Below are positions 27,607-39,200 of a stretch of 64,000 nt of DNA, in pieces. The notes under the pieces were generated by a model. That model saw only the letters and a list, made by a program, of their open reading frames with translations. It made no database searches and had not been told where the DNA came from. This stretch comes from Hormiphora californensis. Taxonomy: Eukaryota; Animalia; Ctenophora. The position numbers were made by a program, and so were the translations under genes. The stretch's first letter is position 1; every line of letters starts with the position of its first letter. The stretch spans positions 7,006,001 to 7,070,000 of the forward strand of contig CM035355.1 of the NCBI GenBank assembly GCA_020137815.1, written 5' to 3'.

Positions 27607-28533
27607 TGTCTAAAATAGTTTGAATTTATTAGTCGGTGGATTAGAACTGTATTAAAACCGGATTCAAAAACCACAAATCCCGTTTCGAATTTTTTCAAAA
27701 ATACATCAGGGTAGGTTGGTGCCGTGAACTGGGGAACTTGGGGTTTCTGCAAGTAAGACAAATCCAACGTCGCTGGGGAGCAAGCTGTTTGGGAATGAGG
27801 AGTTAAGCCCAATTTTCGGGAGTTACTATTTCAAATCCAAGATTTCTATGATAATTTTGAACACGTGTCGAAACCAAAAACGATCATCCGGACAGGGGAA
27901 AAAATGAAAATTGAAAAATCCAACAAAAACTTTGGCAAACGTTGCTGGCAGCGCGGGATAAGGCAGCGCTTTTCAACTTTTCAAACAAAAACTGAAAAAT
28001 CCAACAAAAACTGAAAAAAATCCAGACATTTTTTGAACAATTTCAATTTTAAAAGTTTGTAACGCGCGCGGCACTACGCGCAAATAAATAACGCGCATTG
28101 ACTTTTTTCAATTCGCCACTTGAGGTTTTGTTTAGGCCACAAAATATTCCGAAACCACGCATGAAGGAGTCGGCAGGCATGTAAAATTTCAACTGTTCCG
28201 GGTTATGATAACCCCTCCAATGATGCCAAATGCTGACACTCGACCAACATCAAGGAAGAGGAAGTTCAGTTCCGTTCAGCAAATGCAAAACGAGTCGAGA
28301 TGCGCGTCGCGCCAAAACAACTTCACTTTCTTCACATCTGTGTCGCGATGACTCGCGCCCTACGTCAATACCGTACTTCATGCAGAAACCGAACTTAACT
28401 TCCTCAAAGCAAAATTCAAAATAACTGATCTTTATTCAAATTCTTAGTTTTGGTAATCTGATTAACAAAAAACACACATATACATTAACAAAAATCATCA
28501 ATTGTTTCTCTTTTTTAGAGTCCCCACATCTCC

Positions 28534-29921
28534 TCACACCCTCTCATATCCTCCAGCGGTGACGGTTCTTCTTCGGCCGATCAGGTAGGCCACCAGGACA
28601 ATAACAACCAGGGCTGCAAGGGCCGCTCCGACAGCAATTGGCACAACATCCTTGATCTTCTGGTCAGCTTTGCAGTAGTGGTCTGGGAAGAAAGGGGTTG
28701 GTTTAGAAAGGGATATGTGAATTGGTTAGCAGTTAGGGAGAGTGGTAATTTGGATAGGTTTAGAGGAGTGGTTATTGGGGCAGTGAGATGAGATGAATCG
28801 TTCTCAGGTTGTGAGAAAGACAAAGAATAAAGAGGGCACAGCATTTTCATCTTCTACCTTATCACAGTGTAATGTAGCTGTTGAGTAGTGCAATATTGCT
28901 GCAGGAAACAGTTAGCAACTAATTGTGTAAAAGCAGTAGAAGAAGGAAACAGGCTAACAAAGTAAAGTAACTTTGTTACATCGGATGGTTGATGCCAACA
29001 TTTACAAACTTCATCCCTCATAAATACAAACCCATTGCACTTGCCAGCGTTATATTGCCTATACTACCCATTACTATTAGAATTGTCATGTTCTACTCAC
29101 ATGTGACATCATCCTTTAGTGTGCCACTGACATTGACACCATTGGTGATTGTGAGACCTGTTTCCTCAAATACAACTTGTTCCCCAGGGAAGGTTGTTGT
29201 TTTGTTCACTCCATCATCAGTCACATTCACCAGCACAACCTGATAGTAGTAGGTGGAGTGGAGGAGGGTGTGGAGATGTCTGTCAGTCGAAGTAAGAGTC
29301 TGATGTTTGTCAGGATCTACTGTCCAAAAGTCTGTTGTCTGTCGGGATCTACTGTCTTTTGTCCAAACTCTAAGTACGAGTATGATGTCTGTCGCGATCT
29401 ACCGTCGACTGTCCAAGTTAGAGCCTGTTGCCTGTCAGGATTTGCCGTCCAAGTAAGAGTATTATGTTGTCTAGTGGATTCTGTTGTTTTCTAGTCTGTC
29501 GCGACAAAATGAAGTATAGAGCCCTGTATGTAGAGAATATTTATTCCATCCGTTTTGGTTACTGTCTTCTGTTTGTCGAGATTCATTCGACATTCAAGCT
29601 GTCTTGGTCTGTCACAGTGGTGCTTTAAAATGTCTGTGTGCTAGAAATGTTGGTTTGCTGTATAACAAAACCTAGCAGTGTAGTTTGCCAGTATAATGTC
29701 CAACGAGCACACATTGTTTATTTTTCAGGCTGTTTGTTTGTCTTCTCTCTGTGGAAATGCCAATCAGAATATGTCAATGTCTTTGTTCAGAATTCCACGT
29801 GCTCACTACTGTCACTACTGTCACTACTGTCAATAGTGTGAATTGTCTTTACCAAATAAAGGGAGATAGAGAGAGGAAGAGAGAGGTCAGAGGAAAAGAG
29901 GATGATGTCGGAGGGAGATGA

Positions 29922-29958
<37 letters not shown>

Positions 29959-32061
29959 AGAAATAGAGAGGGAAAACAAAAGGCGTGAAATAATGACTGG
30001 CGGTGGTGTGTGTAGCTACAATTTCCGGCTTGTAGCAGTCAGCAGACCTTATCAGCCCTAGCAGAAGACAGAGAAAGGGGAGAAGGGGACAAGAGTAATG
30101 ACGTAATGTGTGCGTGTAGAAGGGAATTGGAACAGCTGTAACTTGATACGGGGTCAGGTGATTTTCTATCCGCCATTGCAGCTTGGACACAGCTAGTTGG
30201 AGGGGTGTGTGTGTGTGTGTGCGCCTTCATGGTAGTGTTGGAGGGGTGGTGAAAGAATATCATACATTTTAAAGATGTTTTAAATATGTTTGTCTGTCAC
30301 TTACAAGTGTCTGTATTAACCGGTGGCTTGGTAATAAATGCACCGACAATTAGGTCTGTAGTTGTGAAGACAGCAACTTCATCTGGGCAGTCTACTGGGT
30401 TGGGTGGTACACAACTAGATGATATGTACAGCTAGAAAGAAAAAGGGTCAGTCAAATAAGTCAAAGTAGTCATGTATTTATCAGTCAGTTGTTTTTATCA
30501 GTCGGTTAAATTGTAAACAGTCGTTGAAGAGTTCAGATCACACATGCCCTATACTAATAACATGAATAAGGGCAACGATAGTTTCCAAATTAGAACACAA
30601 CTTACCATATCTTTGCTGCATGAATAAGACATGTTGAGGGGAGTAACAAAGTATGATCCAACTGCCGTAGCGACTCGCTCTCCCTCTGCGAATAAAATAT
30701 TGTTAACATTGGTAGAGAATTGGGAGACTACAATCTACAATTCAAGTTTTTATCCAACTAGTGAATTAATATAGCTAGTGAATCTTCTTGCTGTAAAGAA
30801 AATTTCAATTGAAACTAGTCACTAGATGTACAGAGATTCTCGTTTGATCAGATCACATTTCAATATATATGCTCTTACGATGTTTGGCGCTGGCCTCTTC
30901 AATGTCGTACTGGAACTTAATGGAGGTAACACCCCAATGAACTGGATCAATGTTGTTCAACTTGTTGGATTTATCTTTGTTCTGAAAAGTGTGAACAGGT
31001 GTTTGTTTCTAAACAGAGAATTAGAATAGAAGAGAAAATGGAAAACAGCTCAGAAAGATCTGATCAGGACTCAGGTTACTAAAACGTAATAATACAAATT
31101 ATAATCTGGGCCAATGATAACTAAAAAGCACTTACTGCAGAGAAGGTGAAGGTGAGGACCTGATCCTGATCATCATCTTCAAGGACCAGAGTAGAGAGCT
31201 TGTCTCCACAAGTCCCAGAGACCTTGGCGTTATCTGAAATCTTTCGCGTGTCTGTCCTTGATTTCTGGAGGGGGGGGGGGGAATAAAGTTATGTATGTTA
31301 GTGTGTTTCAAAAATCAGAGTCAAAAAAGAGAGAGAAAATGTGGTGGTGTCCCACATGCTTTTCTCTCCTCGTATCCCACCTTAAGTTAGCCCACTATGT
31401 TATACAGTGTATGTATATAGGATAGTTTGTCTGTGCGTGTGTGGCACTGTTATAAAAACAATGAGAGCTAATAATATATGGGGAACGCATGGAATAATTC
31501 ACGTGGGGTAGACGGATGGGGGTTAGATCATACCTAGTGCATGGTAACTGTTACTTCCTATCGCAACTTGTCGCTAAATTTTATAATTTCTTTACTGTCT
31601 ACAAATCAAAAAGGACGAACAATGCAATACATCCTACATCACACACACTTTATTCTGTTCATGCTAGGACAACAGAAGGAACAATACAATATCACAATAC
31701 AATGTTACGATTCAGTATAACATTACTGTCAGCACTAACTACCTATGTAGTAAATTAAAAAACACACACGGCACACTCACATCATCGGTTCCAGTGTAGT
31801 TAACAGAGAGGCTGATGGTTCCATTTAGCATGATACAATCAGTGGAGTAGGATGGAACGGGGGTATCATCTCCATACACTGGAATAACCATTTGGTTAGT
31901 TGGGGGCAGATAGAATGAATGAGTTAGTGTTAACTAATGGTAGGATGAGTCAGAGACAAAACATATATGGGGAGCATGTATTTTCCAACATTGCCACTAG
32001 CAGTTATTCGTGTCTTACCTGTGTACACAACGGCGAGGGCGAAGATCAAATTTCGAAACAT
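28534..32061 (-). CDS. Lysosome-associated membrane glycoprotein (LAMP family), multi-exon; some middle exons uncertain
   Basis: Signal peptide MFRNLIFALAVVYT; luminal motifs DCIMLNGTISLSVNY, SGTCGDKLSTLVL, FVTPLNMSYSC; last exon VPIAVGAALAALVVIVLVAYLIGRRRTVTAGGYERV* with the GYxxPhi sorting signal. Confidence 0.9.
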
Positions 32062-32345
32062 TGTCACCTACAAAAAAATCAAGAAAAGTTATACAATGGA
32101 GAATAAAACAATTATTAATCGGTAGGGGGGGGGGGGGTCCAGTCCCCCGGACTTAAAAAAAGTGTCCATCGGCCAAAGTCAAAGTAACGGTCAAATCGGT
32201 CCAGTTCGCTTTTCAAGAATTATAGGTCAAATTTCTAAACTTGATTTTTCGATCTTTCTCGAATTTCTTAAAACATTTTTTTGGATTTGGCCTGGATTGA
32301 ATTACGTCAAAGATAAAAGCGAAGGATAAGGAGAGCTTCAATATA

Positions 32346-32494
32346 GTCCATTTTTTTCAACTGTTCACCCCCCAAAGTCGTGCGCGGAATTATTTTGCGC
32401 GTTTATCACATGTTAACGTGTAGCGCGCGCCACCCAAATTCTAATTTTTATCAAATTTCAGTTTTTGGGTTTACAGTTGAAAAAAAATGGACTT
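32346..32494. promoter_or_regulatory. Candidate core-promoter motif pair upstream of LAMP
   Basis: agtccatttttttcaactgt and its inverse acagttgaaaaaaaatggact flank a CGCG-rich core; the same motif recurs at ~63711-63735 and partly at 28188. Confidence 0.4.
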
Positions 32495-33172
32495 TATGCG
32501 AGAAAATATTTCCGATTTGGATGGGATTTTTATTGAAAAACCAGTTTCAAAACTTCCTGGGGCCCACTGAAATCAAAAAGTTGTACACAAGCTTTCCTTT
32601 ACGTTGAATTATACCCTAAAAACATAACGAAAAGCCGGAAAACCGGCTTTTCCCGAGACTCACGCTGCACGCAAAAAAACGGTTCGATTGACGATTCCGA
32701 AAATTTTTCGGTTTGGCAGAAAAAAGTCTCAGCTCGCGCACGCACGGCCTGGATCGCGCGCGCTCGGACTCAAGTTTACAAAGCGCGGCGCATCATGCAT
32801 TGGAGTTGTAAAATAATTGCCGAGGATTGCAGTGTCATTTATTTTCGAATTAAAACTAAACATTTGAATTACACAAATGAGGAGGTTAAAAAACAACATT
32901 TAGAACAATACTTAATTTAACAAAATAACGCCACCAAAACTTTCCAAAGCTACATCAACATGATACATCTGAAATATGAATTAAAAACATACATTTTGAA
33001 TTTGATTTACAACACTCTTGTCTCTTCCTGAACTTGAAGCTACATTGTACAATTATTTACATTTTCAGACAAAAAACGAGGGGCCTGCAACAACACATCC
33101 CGTCATCGGCGTCATCCCTAATTGTCAGGCCAATGCTCTGATCACTGTCAATGCCCTTCACTTGTTCATGTT

Positions 33173-33253
33173 CTGTATGGCGGCGCCATACCCCATTTGA
33201 TTCTCAAATTGAGCGCGCGACAGTGCGCTCAGATGGGTCGCGGCGCCAGACAG
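33173..33253. mobile_element. ~80-bp CTGT...ACAG MITE, copy 1
   Basis: Ends ctgtatggcg / cgccagacag; perfect 8-bp TSD ttcatgtt. Confidence 0.85.
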
Positions 33254-33279
33254 TTCATGTTGCAGTTCAGTCCCCCCTG

Positions 33280-36200
33280 TTAATCTCCACACACCAGCCA
33301 CTTATCACACAACTGTTCCACTGTCCGAGTCTTGTGGAAAGTGAAACTATCCAGGATTTTACCCCAATCCGCACCAAACGTTTCCACACCTCTACGGAGT
33401 CGTCTCATTTCTGTTTCAGTCCACGGGTGCTTCGGTGGTCGGACGTGCCTCTGAAATAAATGGCAGGGTTAGTTTTGTAAGATTTTGAAATCAGGCAACT
33501 GGTAAGTGGTAGTGGTATCGTATTCGTTAATTGTTCCTGAGACTTATCCAATAATGAACTGTCTAGCAGCGCTTATATCGGGTCGGTGCCGCCATAGTCG
33601 GCTGACTGGGTAGTTTTGGACTAGCCTAACGTTATTAGGACGACGTTCCAACGACGTCCAGACGGGTTTTTACCAAGACGGGCTTCAGGCTTGTTGAGCA
33701 AGGCCAAGGGGTGGGAGGGCACGTGTGGGTAAGGTGAGACAAGTGATATACTGATATGATCTACTGATATTAAACGATGCTCTACCTACCCTCTGAATCA
33801 GGGGCCCTGATCGTAAAAGCATCTACCTACCCATCGTCCATCGATCAGGCCATCAATCTACCCTGTAACTAATGACATATTTTCAAGTCGTTTCTCTCAC
33901 TCTTTTCCCCTCTTTGCTGTACCATAATAACACTACAGCTGTTTTTTTTTCTCGTTTACAGGATTTAAGTTTCTTATAATTTAGTTTTCTACTGCCAAGT
34001 GTTCACTTTTTACCAACTGCAGCTGAATCGTTTAGAGGGAAACTTCAGTCAGCTTGTCAATCTTGGCTCATTATGGATTCATTATTTAGTCTCACTACTA
34101 GGCAGTTTCGCACGATTCTATGTTTTCATCTTTTACCCTAACGAAACTTGTTGAGTAAGGGGGAAGAGTGTGAGAGGGTTGAGCGAATAGCGCCAAATCC
34201 CCCCTTTCTGAGTGATCACGTGACTTATCACACGTGATGACATGTGATCAAATTACAACGCATTGCGCGCCATTCTCAGGCCCTGTAAGTCTTGTAAATT
34301 GTGCGCTACCTACATTAGACTTTCGGTGTTAAGCAGTGCCCGCGCGTTCCGTACATGTATTTGAGCACAGCCAATATCCCACGTGTTAAGTTGCACGAGG
34401 GAGAGAGAGAATGAGAAAGAGGGAGAGAGAAAGAGAGACAGAGAAAGTGAGAGAGAAAGAGAGACAGAGAAAGTGAGAGAGAAAGTGAGAGAGAAATAAA
34501 GATGGAGGATAGAAGAAGAAGAGAAGCTCAATCAATGATAGATAGGATGGGGTGTGTGAATAAAAGATAGACAAAAACGGGGGGACACAGGAGGGAAGCC
34601 TTCCCTGGCTGGGAAGGGCAGATAAACACATAGGAAGACTAGGAGAACGAGAGAGATAGAGGGAGTGTGTGTGCGTGTGTTTATAACAGAGTACGACAAG
34701 TTGGCTGGCTGGCTGGGAAATTTAATGGTGGATATCTAGATTTTATACACACTCAACCACTACCAGTATAACAAATCACTAGAACCATTAGATTTAGAAA
34801 AAATTGTCTATCAGTATCATTAAGCTCAACAAGTCTATCAAGCAGTCTTTTGACTTTGAATTAAACTGAAGCCGTTTTCTCCTTTATATCTCCCTCCATA
34901 CCAACAGCCTCCTCACTCCTCAGAACAGACACCTGTAGAGTATGTTATTAGTTTATGAGAAAAAGAGAGATATTGGGAGTGAATCAGTGTCAATCTTTGT
35001 TGAGCAAGGGGGAAACTCAACTAGTCAATCTAATAATAGCTATAATATATGTCCCTCATTGCAAATGGCCTGCTCATCATGTCTACATACAAATTTTCCA
35101 TTCACCTGAAAATGATAATGCAAAGTTGAAGTACCATCTTGAGTTGTCGACATAGCATGATGACACCTGCAGGAAATCCAGTTATTAGAAAAAAACTGGA
35201 TGTTAATTGATGATATCAAAAACAAAGTCAAATCCCTGATCGTATGTCATCTGCATTAATACTTCTCAATTCCAATCATTAAAACCAAAGTCTTGAAGTA
35301 AGGACATACCTGTCTGGTCTGTCATAGTTATCCCCACACAAGATCCAAAAAGGCCTTGCTTCTTTTTGTTCTGGCTCCTTTGTTTTTGGTCCCATCACAC
35401 TGTTAACACACACACTGTTTGGTGGAACATATTTCACCAAAGATTCTTGTGAACAACTGCTGATTCCATTATTATATAGCTAGAAAACAGGGTTTTAGTT
35501 TCAGAGAGAGTGTCCTCGGCCTGGCCGAAATCCTGAAGAGCGTAATTTAAAACTCTAGTAATTGAGTTACACTGACACTGCAAGTTTGTATCACAATAAT
35601 TAGTAGATCAGCTTTAAAAGAGGGCGAGAGAGATAGAGAGAGAGTGCGAGAGAGAGAGAGAGAGCAAGTTGAGATAACAAGTGGCGCCCTTTTAATTAAT
35701 TTGCCCCGATCCCCCTCTGTCGTGAATCCATACCAAGAATTGATATGGCACGAGGTATGAAAAAGGCGGGAAGAGTCAAGAGAGAGAAAGAGATAGAAAG
35801 ATAGAGAAAGAGAGATGGAGAGAGAAAGATAGAGAAAGAGAATGGGCGGAAGAATGGGCGGACAGAATGATGCTTTATGTACATGTATTGCGGGAAAGGA
35901 AAAAATATCGTAATTAGACTTTCAAATTAAAAAAACTTAGTCATGTCGTCCTTCTGTCGGTCGTGTGACAGCCTGAAAACTGCAACCGTCTATGATCCTA
36001 CGAGACCAATCATGTCACACTGACTGTCTGGCGCCGCGACCCATCTGAGCGCACTGTTGAGAATCAAATTGGGGTCTGGCGCCGCCAGACAGCACACTGA
36101 CACGTACATAATTAAGAGCTGGTTAGAAATTATATACCTCTCCTGACTTATCTATCAGAGCACCGACCCAGCCGCGATCATATTTCAGACCGGGTATACC

Positions 36201-39200
36201 CACTAATTGACCGGCTATGCATTCATCGATAGCTAAACACTGTGCGTTGAAACGTTTGTTTTACTATAGTTTTATTTGATTTGCAACACCTGAATCAACG
36301 TCGGTTTACTTTCCACCTTACTCAACAACGTTTCACTGAATCCACGCTAATACACGCGAGACCAGTCGAGCGGTGGACTCCACTCCATTCATGCTTACAA
36401 AAAACTGGGTGGGCGTTTATTCGCCCGTACGGGCAGGTATCGAGCAGCCAGATCATTGGTCAGAGCTTTTCAACGACATGAAGGTCCAACTTTCCATGGG
36501 AAAAAGCAATGGGAGTATATAGCTAGAGAAGGCAAAACTGGAACTAAACAAATGTATCACGAAGGAAAACTACTGTTTAGTTGCAAGCAAATGTTTCGAA
36601 GCTGAAGCTTCTAATCAGTACAAACTAATACTAACAAATATTCTCACAATAATTTGCTCCTTTATAAAATTAACTACAACAGAAACTTTCGTTTGTGTCT
36701 ACACTTGGCTAACAGTTCCGATCGAACATTCAAAAGCCTTGGATCCTCCGAGTTCTTCAGAATCTCAAGCTTTGCATTGTTTGATAGTATTAGTTTGTAC
36801 TGATGAGAAGCTTTAGCTTCAACGAGATAGAAACTTTACTCAGGCTGCGTTAGTAAGCTGTTCTTGAGAATTATGATGTTTCCAACACAAGTCTTTGAAG
36901 CCTTTATCTTATCAGGAACGGTAGATTTGAGTAAGGTGTAGTAAAACGCCAATCATTTAGAATCCGACTATGGGTCACCACACACCAAAGTTAAAATTAA
37001 AATTAAAATTTTGATTTTAAACCCGCACACACCAGCGGCCGTTAAAATTTCTCTCTCCATTCTAAAAGTAACGATCTCACGCACGATTTTGACGGTCGCG
37101 TTGGATGACAAAATTTTAACACGCCGTCAAAATCGCGCGCGAAATTGTTACTTTTAGAATGGGGGAGAGAAATTTTAACGGCCGCTGGTGTGTGCGGGTT
37201 TAAAATCAAAATTTTAGTTTTAATTTTAACTTTGGTGTGTGGTGACCCTATACTTTATTATTCACTAGACTTTATACTCGCAAAACGCAAACGCGAACAA
37301 TTTTTTCTTCGAAAATTGAGGAAAGATTTTAGGATTACGTGCGCGGCGTTTTAAACGGTCGTTTTCAGTCGCATTTTGCGCGGCTCAGACCCTCTGTTTA
37401 AATGGATTTGCGCGGCCCTCACGCACGCGATCGCGTGGTCACGTTTGCGTGAGTGGCGCTATTCGCTCAACCCTCTCACACTCTTCCCCCTTACTCAACA
37501 AAACGAAACCGGGTAGTATGACATACTGCCTACGGAATGTCGCTGCCTCAAATCTCTAGCCTCGCTATATATGCCGAACTTGTTTTGTTCAAACCTTTTT
37601 GGGGCGGGGAGGGAGGGTCGAACAAGGCAATGCCGATTGCCGAACAGACAGACTGGCAACTAGGCCGGTTTGAACAAAACAAAGTATGATATGAACACCG
37701 TACTATTGCATATTCATTGCAACAAAAACCGCTCTAACAGTATAACCCCCACTGTTATACTGAGTAAAGTTGAAATATAATTGGTACCTTAATTTGGAGA
37801 TATTTTTGCCGCAATTCCCCTGATGTTCTTGAGGGATGAAACTCAAACTTCACTAGGATGAGAGACCAACACCGCCCATAAAACTGGACTCCCTTGCACA
37901 AGTTTGCTAGCTCTTGCTCAGTAAAGGGCTCCTGGGGAGATAGGATAATTAAGGATAAATATTAAGCAATAAAGATTTAGGAATTGGTAAATAGCTAAAA
38001 TCAAAATTTCCAATTCGATGGTCCGAAAAAGCGTGGGACCGCTTCCAACGAGGTTCATGGAATCTTAGCGCAGTTTGTGAAAATGCTGTGCGATTCATTT
38101 TCCCCTTTAGATTGTCGCCGCGCGTTACGTAAAATCAATCGATAGGAGCAAACTTGTCCCTTCTGCCAAAAATTTTGACTTTCAAAAGATTTTGGAAAAA
38201 ATCCTGACTCAGAAACAAATAACTTGACTCCCTTATTTAATTAGGCTGATATCTTAATCAAATATCAAGAGGAGCAGTTCTTTAACTTACCCTAGAAACT
38301 GTAGAGGCAGGCGAGGGTTGGAGGGCGAATGGGGTGACCGCAACCACATCCTTTTTACTACTAATCAACTGATGAATATTCTGAGTCATCGGAACAAGCT
38401 CCGGGTTCTCCGAGAAGAAATCTTCCACCGCACTTTCCTGAGAACTAGGCAGGGGTTCCCCTGGAGCAGCTGGCGTGGCAAGAACGGGACATTTCCGAGA
38501 TGACGAGGGCAGGGGAGTTTCATACTGAGGGGGAGCGGGAGATTGTGATCTTAATCCCTTTCTGGCTGAGGAGTATGCAGGTGGTGGAGGTATGATATTA
38601 GTTGACATCCGAGAAAAGATGGAAGGTGCACGAGAGATGGCCTCCTCAAATCGGCTAAAGAAGGCTTCCATTCTTTTATCGACAGCCTCATTCACTGCAC
38701 TAGCTATATCTGCTATACTTGGAGAGGCGCTCACAGCTGGGCTGGCCAATGCAGGCTGTATACGGGGATCACGGGGTTTTGATTGTTTTGATTGTGGCTG
38801 TTTAGTGGTAGCTTTCTCAGGAGGGGGAGGGGTTGGCTCAGCAAAGGAATGAGTGGAGTCTTCCGTTTGCTGCGGTGTTTCGATTTGTGTTTTATCCACC
38901 CGACAAGCAGGGGGTGAGAGTTTTGGGGTCTTGGGCATGATCCGTCTGGTAACTATGGGAGATGCCTGCAGGGAGAGAAAGAGAGGGATTTATTAGGAAG
39001 GAGGGTACTGAAACTTTTTAGTTTTTCAACAATTGCGATCCAGAACTGAAAGAATACAACTGGTGAAATATTTCAGCAACAAACCTCTTTGGTAGGTGGA
39101 GATACTTGGCGTGGTTTGGTTGCAGTAATCCTGTTATTTTTGGTGTTATTGACAGTCTTGTTTTTGTCGTTGTTGTTTTGATTGTTGTCCCAAGATCTCT

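Larger units (their letters stand above)
34148..37501. mobile_element. 3.35-kb DNA transposon with 48-bp TIRs (TTGTTGAGTAAGGGGG...) and 8-bp TSD, in the last TERB1 intron
   Basis: Perfect 48-bp inverted repeats at 34148-34195 and 37454-37501; TSD aacgaaac at 34140-34147 and 37502-37509. Confidence 0.92.

Noticed and set aside
29280-29490. Degenerate ctgtc/ggatctac repeats in a LAMP intron
   Set aside because: A decayed minisatellite with no defined ends or TSD.
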